Assembly: GCA_951406725.2 (NCBI GenBank)
Contig: OX597839.1
Coordinates: 30,628,001-30,692,000 of the forward strand
Length of the DNA stretch: 64,000 bases
Source: Octopus vulgaris
Lineage: Eukaryota
Direction of reading: 5' to 3'
How positions within the stretch are numbered: the first letter of the stretch is position 1; every line of letters starts with the position of its first letter. The notes under the pieces were generated by a model. That model saw only the letters and a list, made by a program, of their open reading frames with translations, made no database searches and had not been told where the DNA came from. Below are positions 25,998 to 40,603 of this stretch, piece after piece. The translations under genes were made by a program, and so were the position numbers.

Positions 25998-26300
25998 TTT
26001 CCGACGAAGGACTATGCTCAAAACGTCAAAAACTCTCTTTTTACTGAGCGTCAAACTAATATATTCCTTGTGAACGCCCTCTTGTTGTTTGTTATTCTTA
26101 ATTTTGTTCTGTCTGGGGAGAGTCATTTTCTTTTTGTGTCTTATAATTTAACACACACGCCGGTAAAATTTCCACTTATTTCTTATTTAAAAAAAAGTTA
26201 AATTAAAATAAATAAAAATAAAAATAAGAAATAAGTGGAAATTTTACCGGTGAGTGTGTTGAATTATAAGGCACAAAAACAAAATGATTCTCCCCAGACA
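25998..26300 (+). mobile_element. Penelope-like terminal repeat with decayed hammerhead motif and fold-back
   Basis: TTT-CCGACGA-AGGACTATGCTC-AAAA-CG-TC-AAA (25998-26030), GAGCGTCAAACTAATA, then ~80-bp inverted arms 26110-26188 / 26222-26300. Confidence 0.55.
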
Positions 26301-26401
26301 CAACAAAATATCCTTCAACACACGAACTCATATAAAGAATCTTTGAAACCAAATCCCAAAACGAAATGTTGTTAATTTTATTGTTCATTTATTTGATTTG
26401 A

Positions 26402-26442
<41 letters not shown>

Positions 26443-26470
26443 TATTTGTGGGTTAACTAGGCTACCAATT

Positions 26471-26620
26471 GTTTCATGTAAAGGGAAGTAGAGAATCTCT
26501 TGGTAATAATCAAACCTGCCACATGGGAACATTGTTACTCGTCTCCAAGAGAATATAAGATGGAGATGAGTACCAACGTTCCCATGTGGCTGGCTTGAAA
26601 ATTGTCCTGTTTACATGAAA
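26471..26620. repeat. Imperfect inverted repeat (MITE-like)
   Basis: GTTTCATGTAAA..GCCACATGGGAACATTGTTACTCGTCTCC vs GGAGATGAGTACCAACGTTCCCATGTGGC..TTTACATGAAAC. Confidence 0.75.
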
Positions 26621-27097
26621 CCACAAATAAAGAATAGTTATCCACTGATTCGGTGTTGAGCACTCATTCTCACTGTTCCTTACTCATACATAATACATAC
26701 ATTTGTGTAACATTTCTCCGTTTTTTTTCGTCCTTGTTTTCGTATATTTTCACTGCTTTCTTCCAAGGAATCTAATGCTCTTAGCTTAGTTTTTCCTTGG
26801 GGTTGGCCAGATTGAAGCAATCTCGAGTATAACCAACCGAAATTGCAAAGATAATCTGGAACTCGACTGAGAATAGAAAACTCCGAATTAGCCGTCCTTG
26901 TTTTCTTTGTATCGTCTGTCTGGATGTTTTGTTGTCTCCTTTTTTGCATCACCTAACTGTCTGGATGTTTTGCGTTCTTGTCCCATTTTTGTGTGTGTGT
27001 ATGTATATATATAAATAATAAAATATTAGGGAATAAATCCAAACTTACAGGGAAAAATCAGATTTAGGATTGAATCCAATTTTATAGTAAAATATTA

Positions 27098-27347
27098 TAT
27101 TACATTAAATTAGAGATAAAACCACTGTTAGGCAAATCAAACAATGAAAAACTTAAGCCAATACATAAAATTAATTAATTTATATTATTTTAAATATATA
27201 TCAAAATTATTAAAAATTTATTATCGTTTATAAAATTTTTAATAATTTTGATATATATTTAAAATAATATAAATTAATTAATTTTATGTATTGGCTTAAG
27301 TTTTTCATTGTTTGATTTGCCTAATAGTGGTTTTTATCTCTAATTTA

Positions 27348-27356
<9 letters not shown>
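27098..27356. repeat. AT-rich fold-back, ~120-bp near-perfect arms
   Basis: 27098-27219 is nearly the exact reverse complement of 27232-27356; spacer about 12 bp. Confidence 0.95.
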
Positions 27357-27392
<36 letters not shown>

Positions 27393-27620
27393 CTGACGAA
27401 ACATATAGTTAAACATTCCCCCTTAATTGACGATCGTCCATAGCTAGGTTGGACTGGAACAACGCGAATTGGAGTATTCTGCTCAAGACAATGCCCTGCC
27501 GATCTAGGAATCGGAACTACTATCGTATGATCGTGGGTACAACACACTAACGACTAGACCACACGCTTTCGCACACACACACACACACACGGATACATTC
27601 GATGTTGAAACTGAGCTTCA

Positions 27621-27666
<46 letters not shown>

Positions 27667-27761
27667 TTATATAAATGAGGATAAGATCGTTAATTTAAAT
27701 ATCGAACTTATCAAGTAGCCAGCATGGGAATAAAAACCTTCAAAGCTAATAATCATTATTA

Positions 27762-27998
27762 AAATTATAATTTAGAGTATCTAGGAGATACCGCCACGCT
27801 GGAATAGCAGCCAAAATTTGACTCTAAAACCACATTAAATGTTCATACAGCACCAGGAGAGAAGACAAAAGGACAAGATGAACTAGCAAAAAATTACTGG
27901 ATAATTCCGCTGTATGAACATTTAATGTGGTTTTAGAGTCAAGTTTTGGCTGCTATTTCCAGCATGGAGGTATCTCTTAGATATCCTAAATTATAATT
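27762..27998. repeat. Fold-back, ~90-bp arms with ~60-bp spacer
   Basis: ...GACTCTAAAACCACATTAAATGTTCATACAGC pairs with GCTGTATGAACATTTAATGTGGTTTTAGAGTC... Confidence 0.9.
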
Positions 27999-28689
27999 TT
28001 GATAATATTTATACACACAATGATATGCATGTATATACTGCGTGTGTATGTGTACACACATACACGTAGAATGATCGCATGCAGGTTCATATTTCACACA
28101 CAGTTAGCTACATGCATATATGTATGCCAACTTGCTGACCTACTCTCCGATCTGTATACAGACACACATGCATACCTACACTACAAACACCAGCACATAC
28201 ATACATACTCACAGTCTTACAAATGTGCGTGCGTGATTTCCTCTCCTCTTAAATAGCTTTACACGATTGGTCGCCTAACAATAGCCACCATTGATCTGGT
28301 GGACGTTTCCAACAAACGCCATATTAAAATATTCATTTTCTCACCTGACTGCAACATCTTTCATCATCATCCATATTGATTGTAATGTCGCAATCTAGGT
28401 TGAGCCTCGAAACGACGACTGAATGGATGATGCAGAGATGATGATGCGGTTGATAGGGTACCAGTCTGGCTTGTGTACTTCCACTTCTCAAATTTTCAGT
28501 TTCCTCATCCCACAAAACGGCTCCCGTCGCCAGCAAATCTCTATTCCTCACTGGACATCTACCACCATCTTATTTTCGTCATTTGCCGGTCTAGGTTGGA
28601 TGGCATCACCCGAAACTCGTGAAATAAAACTGTGTTCTAAAAGATACTACTCTGTATTCTGCGAATCGTTTTCGTCCGACAATCATATA

Positions 28690-28731
<42 letters not shown>

Positions 28732-28744
28732 TGTGTGAATGCGC

Positions 28745-29070
28745 ATGGCTCAGGGGTTAGAGCGTCGATCATACAATCGTGAGGTTGTGAGTTCGTTTCC
28801 CGGACCGGGCTGCGTGTTGTGTTCTTGAGCAAGACACTTTATTTCACGCTGCTCCAGTTCACTCAGCTGTAGAAATGAGTTGTGACGTCACAGGTGCCAA
28901 GCTGTATCGGCCCCTTCGCCTTTCCCTTGGATAACATCGGTGACGTGGAGAGGGGAGGCTGGTATGCATGGACGACTGCTGGTCTTCCATAAAAAACCTT
29001 ACTCGGACTTGTGCCTTGGAGGATAACTTTCTAGGTGCAATCCCATGGTCATTCATGACAGAAGGGGTCA
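28745..29070 (+). mobile_element. SINE family C variant with a different 3' half
   Basis: TGGCTCAGGGGTTAGAGCG...GAGTTCGTTTCCC, GTGTTCTTGAGCAAGACACTTTATTTCAC, then a tail unlike that of 14240-14548. Confidence 0.8.
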
Positions 29071-29127
29071 CACTTATATATGCGATACCTGCCAAATATA
29101 GCTTCGGTTATTTCGATAGATTTAATC

Positions 29128-29174
<47 letters not shown>

Positions 29175-29175
<1 letters not shown>

Positions 29176-29524
29176 TGGCACTCCGTCGGTTACGACGACG
29201 AGGGTTCCAGTTGATCCGATCAACGGAACGGCCTACTCGTGAAATTAACGTGGAAGTGGCTCAGCACTCCACAGACACGTGTACTCTTAACGTAGTTCTC
29301 AGGGAGATTCAGCGTGGCACAGTGTAACAAGGCTTGCCCTTCGAAATAGAACGAGAAGAAAGAGTGAAAGTTGTGGTGAAAGAGTACAGCAGGGTTCGCT
29401 ACCACCCCCTGCCGGATCCTCGTGGAGGGTTAGGTGTTTTCGCTCAGTAAACACAACGCCCGGTCTAGGAAACTGCGTTTCTACGACCGCTAGTCCGCTG
29501 CCCTAACCACTAGGCCATTGCACC

Positions 29525-29527
<3 letters not shown>
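29175..29527 (-). mobile_element. SINE family C-related copy
   Basis: Reverse complement of the family C tail (TGGCACTCCGTCGGTTACGACGACGAGGGTTCCAG) and a tRNA-like head at the right end (CCCTAACCACTAGGCCA). Confidence 0.8.
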
Positions 29528-29573
<46 letters not shown>

Positions 29574-29929
29574 TCTTTTACTTGTTTCAGTCATTTAACT
29601 ATGGCCATGCTGGAGCAACGCCTTTAGTCGAAAAATTGACCCCAGGACTTATTCTTTGTATGCCTCGTACTCATTTTATCGGTTTCTTTTGCCGAACCGC
29701 TAAGTTACCTGGACATATATATAAATTAATAGCGACTAGCAGTGTTAATCGCAAAAACTACTATTTATTCTCATTCAAAAGTAGATATTGTGTTAGAACA
29801 CAGTATACTGCAATTGTTACCACGAGAGAATCTCTCCTATACAGTTGTCGTGCATGTAAGCACTCGAGCTTATATCCATTGCAGGAGATAATCATCTACC
29901 ATCGCCGCCGAGACTAAGATATCACTTTC

Positions 29930-30040
29930 TATCTCTACAGATTTTCTATAGAAATTAGGGCCAGCACCGACGTATTCGCGTACGAAACGTCCTAACAAAC
30001 CGGTGCTGACTCTAATTCCCATGGAAAATCTGTAGAGATA
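29930..30040. repeat. Inverted repeat with ~40-bp arms (MITE-like)
   Basis: TATCTCTACAGATTTTCTATAGAAATTAGGGCCAGCACCG vs CGGTGCTGACTCTAATTCCCATGGAAAATCTGTAGAGATA. Confidence 0.85.
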
Positions 30041-30461
30041 ACTTTGTGCTGTGGTTGTAAAGCAAAATTACTATGTCCCTACCAGCAATTAATGCGTGTG
30101 TGAAAATGGAGATAGCCCTTGGAAGTGACTAGCTCTTTGAGATCATGATTGGTTCAGGAGATAAGGGAGCAGGAACCATTCTAAAAGAACCATTCTCAAG
30201 ATTCATAAATAATTATGTCAAAATCCTTCCACTTTTTCTCACCAAAAGGGATGTTTTTACCCAATATTTACACGCTACTCTTCATAGCTTTATCTGCTTC
30301 GACTTCAACCCTTAAGAATGCATTTTTGCTCAATCCCCAGAAGTTTCTCAACCCTTATTCGATATGTTGCCTTATTTTGTCCGTCAGTCTCCCGATATGA
30401 ATATTTCTATAGGACAGACGCGACACCTATCGAATACATGGCTTCTGTTATTTCACCAGTT

Positions 30462-30520
<59 letters not shown>

Positions 30521-30659
30521 TCAGTCCTGTTTGTTCTGAAATTAATCCTATTTGTTGAAAATCTTCCATCACTATCAAACTGACAGCTATCTAAATCCGC
30601 CAGAGCAGATTTCATTTCTTTCATTTTTCTGCCTTGGATGCGATGATACATATACATAC

Positions 30660-30726
<67 letters not shown>

Positions 30727-31025
30727 ACGAGAGAGGAGGTGGGGAATAGACAGGTGGGCGATATTAATATACATGAAAGCGCCAGCTTTCAAACAGAAAA
30801 AGAGAGAGAGAGGCTGCTAACAGGATTGTAATCTATTAAGCCTAGCGACTAAATGACCATAGAATATGACTAACTTGATTAGTCTTAATTAACTCATTTA
30901 GCTTACTCGGCAATACTATTACTGTCCTCTGCCCACTCCTCATAAAGGAGAAAAAAATACAGCAAAAATTAATAACGAAAACATCAAAAGAAAGCTTGCT
31001 ACTACGTCAGCAGTTTGGCATGTTA

Positions 31026-31056
<31 letters not shown>

Positions 31057-31087
31057 GTGTGTGTAACTCTTGAACAACAATTTTATT

Positions 31088-31158
31088 GACAGTGATTTCG
31101 AAGTTTCGGCCAGTTAAGTCATCGTTGGTCAAACTGGCCAAACTTCGAAGTCACTGTC
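31088..31158. repeat. Short hairpin repeat, copy 1
   Basis: GACAGTGATTTCGAAGTTTCGGCCAGTT...AACTGGCCAAACTTCGAAGTCACTGTC; related copy at 59879-59971. Confidence 0.8.
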
Positions 31159-32335
31159 GGTACTATTCTTGTTAAAAAAACAATAAATTTGTATTCTACA
31201 CGATTATAGAGTAAAGCATCAGATTGATAGAAAATTGTTTTTGTTATAACTGAAGAGAGGGCGGTGAGCTGGCAGAATGGTGAGCAGGCCGAAGGAAAAT
31301 GCTTACTGGCATTTCGGCCGTCCTTCAGTTCTGAGTTCAAATTCCGCCGAGGTAGACTTTACCTTTCGCTTTCGATAAAATAAATACCCGCGAAGTTGCT
31401 GGCCTTGTGTCAAAACTTGAAACCATTATAACTGAACGTAAAAATCAAAAGTGTGTGTGTGTGTGTATGCTGGGTTCAGAGTTTTGCTTCGCCATCATGT
31501 GGTGGTGGTGGGGGCAGGTTCAATCTCACCGAGTAACACCTTGAATGACTGACTTCTTTTATAGCTCCTGGACAGACCATGCCATTTCAATGGATTTAAG
31601 GGACAGCAGTGTGTAGAGGAGGACTGTCGAGTGTGTGTGTGTGTGTACTAAATATTGTACGTGTAAAATATTCTCATTGAAGTGAAATTTGTGTTTAAGT
31701 TGAAGACAGAAAGAGAAAAAAAGAGATGAAATGACAATGAAAAGAAACTGGCGATGGGACGGGGTGAGGGGGGGATTCGATTGCAAGACATTTCGAATTC
31801 ATTTCACTCTCATGACGCCCTGAATTCGATCCGTCAGTCTGTCCGTTTCCCTGTCTGTCCGTCAATCAATTCACACAAACACAACAAGGAAGATTATGCC
31901 AGAAGGACAAGACAAAGAAAGAATTAACATAATATCCATCCATCCATCCATCTTCTCCGTCCACAATCCCTGGGGCGGGTCGTAGGCGTAAAGTCCTCAG
32001 GCACCCCTTCCATAGAGTTCCTATCAGAAACAACCGTCATTAAACTTTCTAGCTGGATTCTCAAGTGTGATTAACTGAGACTATGGGTATTATCTCGTTC
32101 TTCGTCTCCCCTGGGTCACCTGCCGATTGATTTGGCTTGAAGAATCTATCTTGCCATTCTTTCATGTGACATTCTAATCCCATGTCCGTAGTACCAGAGC
32201 TCTGACCTCTAAATGCAGGGAAGAAGCGGCTCGACCCGGGGCCGGACATGTTCTCTTGTAGTAAACCAGATTGAGCCACGTCCTTCATCTACGGGCTAAG
32301 ATACCTTATAGTGTAACATATTTTTACACACACAC

Positions 32336-32379
<44 letters not shown>

Positions 32380-32720
32380 CTTAGATGTGTTTCGGCTAAA
32401 GATTGGTTGAGGCCAAGTCTAAATTAAGTTCAACCTGATAGGGCCTTTTAATTAAAGTTTTGTGGTATCGTAGCCTATTCAAGTAGGGAGTTGTTGACTG
32501 AGATGTATCCAGATATGGGCGGCTTATCTGGTAATCCCTTGAAGAAATTTGTCCAAATATCGTTTGAAGGTGATGAGATCTTTTTCTTCTTTGATTTGTT
32601 TTGGGATAATGTTGAATAGAATAGGGCCTGTTGAAGAAAAGAAATTGTGTTGCAGTGAATTTGTGTTGTGAGCCTGAATTATTAAGGAGTGGGGGGCATG
32701 GCATAAACTGTGCAACATAA
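32380..32720 (-). mobile_element. CR1/L2-like LINE 3' fragment
   Basis: HNFFSSTGPILFNIIPKQIKEEKDLITFKRYLDKFL matches the C-terminal F..R....WN.LP....FK..LD motif of CR1-group ORF2. Confidence 0.7.
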
Positions 32721-34994
32721 TTAATATAGGACAATTATAGAATATTTAATACAATAATGTTATGTAATGTTACGATTAATTCAAATATCTCCACACACAC
32801 ACACACACACACACACCTACGTTGTCGGCACTGATCGCCACCGTCATCACCCGCACAACAACAACAACAACCTGTTAACCTCGGTTGGCATTTCAAAGTC
32901 TGGTTGTAGGGCGGTGAGATAGATCCGGCTTAAATCTATTAGTAAAAATGATTAGTAAGATGAATTCGATATAGATTGCTGTAATTGCTGCTGCTGTAAG
33001 CGGTGGCGGTGTTACTCTTGTTGAAGTCACCACCACCACTACTACTACTACTACTAGCCTACGGGGGAGCTTCTTCGTAGTTCTTCTACATACTAGAAAC
33101 AACAGCTAAACTCAGCCTCATGTCACATTCTACCGTCCTAGAGAAAGAAAAACTGGACAATCTACTCCAAGATAGACAATGCCTGAAAATCGTTATTGTT
33201 GTTGTTGTTGATGATGTTTTACTCCCGGTCAACCTTGATTTAGCAGACATATGATCCAAGATATTCAAGCAGTGACCATCCTGTCTTTCGTATGTGCATG
33301 TCTAAATTGGTCATTTTTAAAGACGGTAGGGTAAGATTTCGCGGAGATCAAGTGACCTGGTTGGCTCGCATCAATAGTAGATGGTGTGGGGAGGGAGAGA
33401 GGGAGGGTGGGATAGAGTTAGTGGGTAGGATGGAGACGACGACCACCACCACCGAATGGAACGACTGGTAAAGCCTAAGAAAGTGAATGGCGAGAAAAGT
33501 GTAGGAAAGGACGAAAACAAAGTCGAAGATGGAAGAAGAGGAGGAGGAGGAGGAGGTGAAGAAGATTGTTTTTGCTGGTTGTCTCCAAGTCGGCCCTGAC
33601 CAGCATACTTATGGCATACCTATTATCGAAGCGTTCTAGGCGTGACCATCCCGTCATCCTTACGTAAACACACATGATGGCAAAGCGAAGAGAGCGAAGG
33701 ATAAGAATGACGAAAACTCGGAACGATGTAAGGGGAAAGGTCAGATTTCCGCCGCCACCACCACCACAACAACCACCACCACCACCACCACCACCACCAC
33801 AACCATCATCAACAACAACACGAAGAGGAAAAAAAAGCAAAGCTGTGTTATTTTGTGGCGAAATCTGCTGATCTTTTCATGTGGTGAAAATCTCAAATGA
33901 TTTCGTTAGCGTTTGATGGACAGCTGGTGATCAGTAAATATAGGGGGATTAATCAGGCTTAAATTAATGTCGTCACGCTGATCAATCATCAGTCAATCCT
34001 GCAAACTGGATCAGGAACAACAACAACGAGAACAACAGCAGAAACTATAACAACAACGACTGCTACTGCTACTACTAAAACAGCTAAATAGACAACAACA
34101 ATAAAATCTAGGCCAACAACAACAATATCTAGAGAACAACAACAACATGGACAAAAAAAAAGAAAAAAAGAAAGAAAACAGCGACTGGAACCCCGAAACA
34201 AATTTATATCAGAAAAAAACCCAGTCTATCGGATGTGAAGATGATAAGCGTGACGTGACGGTGACGAAAACATGAGATGATAATGTGGTTGTTGTTGGCG
34301 GTGGGAGTGAATTGCCACAATGAGTTCTGCTTTGATCAGCATTTCTAATTGTTGGTCATCCGTGATGTGGGTTAAACCGACCTGCTATTTCTGTGCTCAA
34401 CTTATAAATTCAATTTGATCCTATATTAAAACGTTTCCCTGTCAAAGGTGGCTGCTAGATAGAGAGATCTCGTTAACCAACAGGATATTATCTCTGTGCC
34501 AAAGATGGCTATTTCAGGCAGCAGTCGTTCGACCTGCCTGAAATAGCAACCAAATTACAACATGTCGTTTTTATAAAAGATCACCCAGGATAATGTACTA
34601 CTAGATACCAGTTATTAGATTAAAAAGATGGGATGGTTAGGTATACTCGGCCGGGATCAACAACAGAAAGGAGTTTGTCTCCCAATATAGAAATCCTTGG
34701 TAAAGCATTCCTTTATTTAATATTTTGGTGTTTCGTGGATTCAAGGGTAATAATTACCACCGCAGCCAACTCCCTGTTAAGAAAAAAGCGCCATGATATC
34801 ATAGTTCTATCAAATCTAGATCCTGAAATTAATGTGCAAGGGTCTGAGCACTCTATAGATAAGTGTGCCCTTAATATGGTTCTCGGGGAGATTCAGCGTC
34901 ACACAGAGAATGTGACAAGGCTGGCCCTTTGAATTACAGGTACAGCTAATTTTTGCCAGCTGAGGGGAGACTGGAGCTACGTAAAATAAAGGGT

Positions 34995-36181
34995 CTTGCG
35001 ATCTAGTCAGTGATTATGAAACGGGCCTGCAATCTCTTGTATTTGCATTTGACTCAGCTTGTGATGATTTTGGTTTGACCATCAATTTGAAAAGAAAAAA
35101 GAAAAACAGTTGTAATGTTTCAACCTGCACGTGGTACTGTTTGCAACCCCCCTAAAATTTTCGTAAAGGGTAAGTTACTTGAGGTTGTCGACTCTTTCAT
35201 CTACCTTGGCAGCTCTGTACAAAATTATGGAAATCTGGACACAGAAATACATCTGCGAATTCAAAGGGCAGCACAAGCATTTGGTGGTTTGGAGTCGGGA
35301 GCTTGGCGCCAACGACTAATAAATAACAACACAAAACTGGCTCTTTACAAATCGTTTGTCTTACCATTCTTGTTGTATTCTTCTGAAACATGGACGTGTT
35401 ATGAAAGACATTTCAAATTGTTAAAACGATTCCACCAAAAATGCCTTCGCCGCATTTTAAACATTAAATGGGGCGTTTTTACTCCAGACACAAATGTCTT
35501 TAGGTCTGCAGGCATCACTTCAATTAAATCAATGATTCTGAAAAACTAAATGAAATGGTCTGACCATAAAGTTCGAATGGCGGATGAACGCTTTTTTATG
35601 GCGAGGTTGCAGAGGGGAAACGCAATTGGTATAAACCTAAAATGAGGTTTAAGGACGGCATAAGGACTACCATGAAGTCACTTCATGGATCCAGAAGACA
35701 TAGAAACTTTTGCTTCGGATCGAACTGGATGGCAAACAAAAGTGTGGAATGGAGTGAAAGCGTCTGAGGAGGCCAGGATAACACATGCAAGACTGAAGAG
35801 AGATTTAAAGAATCTTGCGATCGAGAAGATGAATCTCAGTTACCTTTTTGTGCGCACAGTTTGGGACAGAGCTTGCCTTTCTTTTGCAGGTTCAAATTTC
35901 ATTTGCAGACCCATGACAATCGAACCTCCACCAACTGTTCTGCTTATATATCTGTGCACACCTTTCAATGCTGTGTATGCCATAAGGTCTGCAAAGGACA
36001 TTCTATGAACCACAAAGATCAGAACTTAACTGCAGCTCTTGGTGGACCAAATTGGATATGCAATCTCAGTGGGTGTCTTTTCAAAACATTGTCTGGTTTA
36101 AAAAGCCACATCAGACGCCATGATAGATCTAAGGTGTAAATACAAAAGGTGGTCAGACTCTGTATAAGGAGCAGACAACCA
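34995..36181 (+). mobile_element. RTE (BovB-like) LINE, 5'-truncated, with C-terminal C2H2-like fingers
   Basis: FGLTINL..KT.VMFQP...VDSFIYLGS...LLYSSETWT...RFHQKCLRRILNIKW; downstream CNLSGCLFKTLSGLKSHIRRH. Stops and frameshifts present. Confidence 0.9.
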
Positions 36182-36205
36182 CTATATATATATATATATA
36201 TATAT

Positions 36206-37072
36206 GATCTGTTCGAGACATGCAGTGAAAAGATGATCAGAGGCATCGATTGGCAAGGTGGTGTCAACATCAATGGCGAGCTCCTCACCCACCTCCGTTT
36301 CGCTGACGACATTGTACTCATCGCTGAAAACATGGATCAGCTTCAGACCATGCTGACGGAGCTCGACATCAAAAGCTCTGCAGTAGGTCTTAAGATGAAC
36401 CGCATGAAAACAAAGTTCATGCGGTCAGACAATGTACCAACAGGTCGAATGGTGATCAGCAGTGATGAAATAGAGGAGGTGAGGGAGTATGTCTACCTGG
36501 GTCAGGAAGTAAATATGTGCCGAGATATCAAAAAGGAAATCTCACGGAGAGTAAGGGCCGGATGGAAGGCGTTCAATGGCATAAGGGATGTGCTCAAGGG
36601 AAGGTTGGACAGGACCACCCGCGCTAACCTCATTAACAGTGCAGTTCTGCCTGCAATGTTATATGGTAGTGAAACATGGGGCTACCACAAAGAGAGAAGA
36701 GCAAAGACTGGTAACGGCTCAAAGAGCCATGGAAAGGTCAATGCTTGGTATCTCGTTAAGAGAGCACATAAGTAGCAAGATCATCAGAAAGAAGTCCGGC
36801 GTGAGAGATGTCATCGCAGAGTATACACGCAGCAAGTAGAGATGGGCTGGACACGTCGCCCGGCTCACTGATAATCGGTGGACGCACGCAATTGTCGAGT
36901 GGTACCCGCGTGAGCGGAAAAGACCACCCGGAAGACCTCCACGACGGTGGAGTTACGATTTCAGGAGGACGATTGGGATCACGTGGATGAGAAAGGCGCG
37001 ATCCAGAGAGGAGTGGACAGCGATGTCAAATGGACGCCTGACGAACTGGTCGGTCAAGGTGATCAAAGGTGA
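36206..37072 (+). mobile_element. Second RTE-clade LINE, 5'-truncated, well preserved
   Basis: GVNINGELLTHLRFADDIVL...YVYLGQ...MLYGSETW (frameshift) QRAMER...WAGHVAR...RPPGRPPRRW; ends in short GGTGAT(C) repeats. Confidence 0.92.
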
Positions 37073-37344
37073 TATATGTATATACACGCCCGCGCGCACA
37101 CATTTATTAATAATCGGCAGAAGTTACAGAGAGACTCCAGAGCCGAGAGTTGTGTGTTGATAAGTAACAACGCACCAAACACTCCGCCCTCGAATCACTC
37201 TCTAACTTCTTCCAATTATTAATATATACTAAAGTTTCGAGTTCTTTTTTCCTATTTGCATCAGTATCTATCCATCTATGTATGTATGTATGTATGTATC
37301 TATCTATCTATCTATACACCCCCCCACACACATATATTCTTTTA

Positions 37345-37710
37345 TTCTTTTACTTGCCTCAGTCATTTGACTACGCCCATGCTGGAGCACCGCCTTGAAT
37401 GGTTCTAATTAAATAAATTGACCTCATAACTTATTTCTTCAGTCTGGTACTTATTCTATCGATTTATTTTGCCGAACAGCTAAGTTACAGGGACGTAAAC
37501 ATACCAACACCGGTTGTTAAGCGGTGATGGAAGGAGAAACACAAACAAAAAGACACACACACACACATTGGGCTTCTTTCAGTTTCTGCCTATCCAATCC
37601 ATTCACAAGGCTTTGGTCGGCCCGAGGTTGTAGTAGAAGACACTTGCCCAAGGTGGCTTGTAGTTAGATTGAACCCGGATCCTTGCAGTAGGGAAGGAAG
37701 CTTCTTACCA
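37345..37710 (-). mobile_element. SINE family B
   Basis: Tail and head blocks of family B on the minus strand. Confidence 0.85.
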
Positions 37711-38325
37711 CAGAGAGAGAGAAAGAGAGAGAGATGCAAATGTATAGTTCTATAAACTTTAGTGAAAAAAGTCTGCCGTAGACGTGGCCGAGTCTGGTTT
37801 ACTGCAAGAGAACATGTCCGGATTGGGATTAAATAAATATGTTTATGAAGATTAATCGGGTATATTAGCATTTATTTATTATAGGGCAAGGATTAAGACG
37901 ATTAAACACTACCAGGGATTATGTTAACCAATTTCTAATAGTATCAATCGGCATTCTTAAGCTGGTTGATATATGCATGGGGGTAGGGAATTGATGCGAG
38001 GGTATTTATGTGTGTGTGTATCCACGTATCTATGTATACGTGTGTGTGTGTGCATAAATGTCTTGTGTATATATGTATGTATATACACATAGAGAAAGAA
38101 AAAAAGGTGTAGGAAGATAAAATAAATGCCGAAACACCAAATACTTGAGAGTCTCGTTTGTACTTTCCCCGATTTCGCGGTAAACATCAAAGGGTGATTA
38201 GTTAGTTGACTTGATGAAGGCTTTAGAAGAGGGGTTTGCGAAATCGAGGCCTTCCTCAAAACCTTGAACGGCAAAACTGAAACGAAAACAGCTCCACAAC
38301 ACCAGCCTCTATAAAAGTGTGTGTG

Positions 38326-39340
<1,015 letters not shown>

Positions 39341-39554
39341 AATGATTGTATGTGGGGGGGGGGGCGTTGTTTTCTCCTCCGGCCGAGTGTCCAGAAGCCA
39401 TGCTTTCGCTTGTGTTGCCGCTTTAGTTGCACTTTGACCATGCAACACGTCTTGTGTTTGTTCAAGCCAAACAGCTCGGTGGATCAACATCTCCATTAAA
39501 AGCCGAGGAATCAAATCACTAATATACCCCGATACAAAATATTATTACGGTCGA

Positions 39555-40041
39555 ATATAGTGTCTTCTACTTTAACCCTGAGCCGACCAAAGCCTTGTCA
39601 CTGGATTTGGTCGACGGAAACAAGCTGAAAGAAACCCGTCGTCTACGCATGTTTATAAGTGTCTTTGTGTTTGTCCACCACCACCACCACCATTTGACAA
39701 CCGGTGTTGGTTTGTTTATGTCCCCATAACTTAGCGGTTCGGCAAAAAGATTCCAAAAGAATAAGTACCAGGCTTAGAAAAATATCTGGGGTCGATTTGT
39801 TCAGCTGTACCCTTCAAGGCAGTGTCCGAGGATGGCCGCAGTCCAATGACTGAAACAAGTAAACGAGTAAAAGAATAGGCGCAGGCGTGGCTGTGTGGTA
39901 AGCAGCTTGCTTCCCAACCACATGGTTCCGAGTTCAGTCCCACTGCGTGGCAACTTGGGCAAGTATCTTATACTATATAGCCTTGGACGGACCAAAGCCT
40001 TGTGAGTGGATTTGGTAAACGGAAACTGAAAGAAGCCCTTC

Positions 40042-40077
<36 letters not shown>

Positions 40078-40290
40078 TTGTATTTATGTGTGTGTGTCTG
40101 TGTTTATCCTCTCCCACCACCGATTGACAATCGGTGTTGATGTGTTTACGTCCGCGTAACTTAGAGGTTCGGCAAAAGTGGTCGATAGAATAAGTATCAG
40201 GCTTTAAAATGTACTGTAGTCGATTCATTTGACTAAAGATTCTTCAAGGCGGTGCTCCAGCATGGCCGCAGTCTGTTGACTGGAACAAGT
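39555..40290 (+). mobile_element. Two head-to-tail SINE B copies
   Basis: 5'-truncated copy 39555-39875 immediately followed by a full copy starting GGCGCAGGCGTGGC at 39878. Confidence 0.9.
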
Positions 40291-40552
40291 AGAAGGTAAC
40301 AGATTAAAAGATATACACAGGCATATTCACGTGTGTACACAGACACACATACGCACACACACACACACTCACACACACACACACAGTGTTGCAGTGATGA
40401 ACTGGTTTCAGCCCAGTGACTGCGCCACAGCTATTTGCGTGGAGGTATGTAACGAGTTTATTGAAATAATGTTCCTTAAAAGTTTTGTTGCTCTCGACAC
40501 ACATCGCTACTTTAACACACACAAACGCTCACACACACACACACACACACAC

Positions 40553-40603
<51 letters not shown>

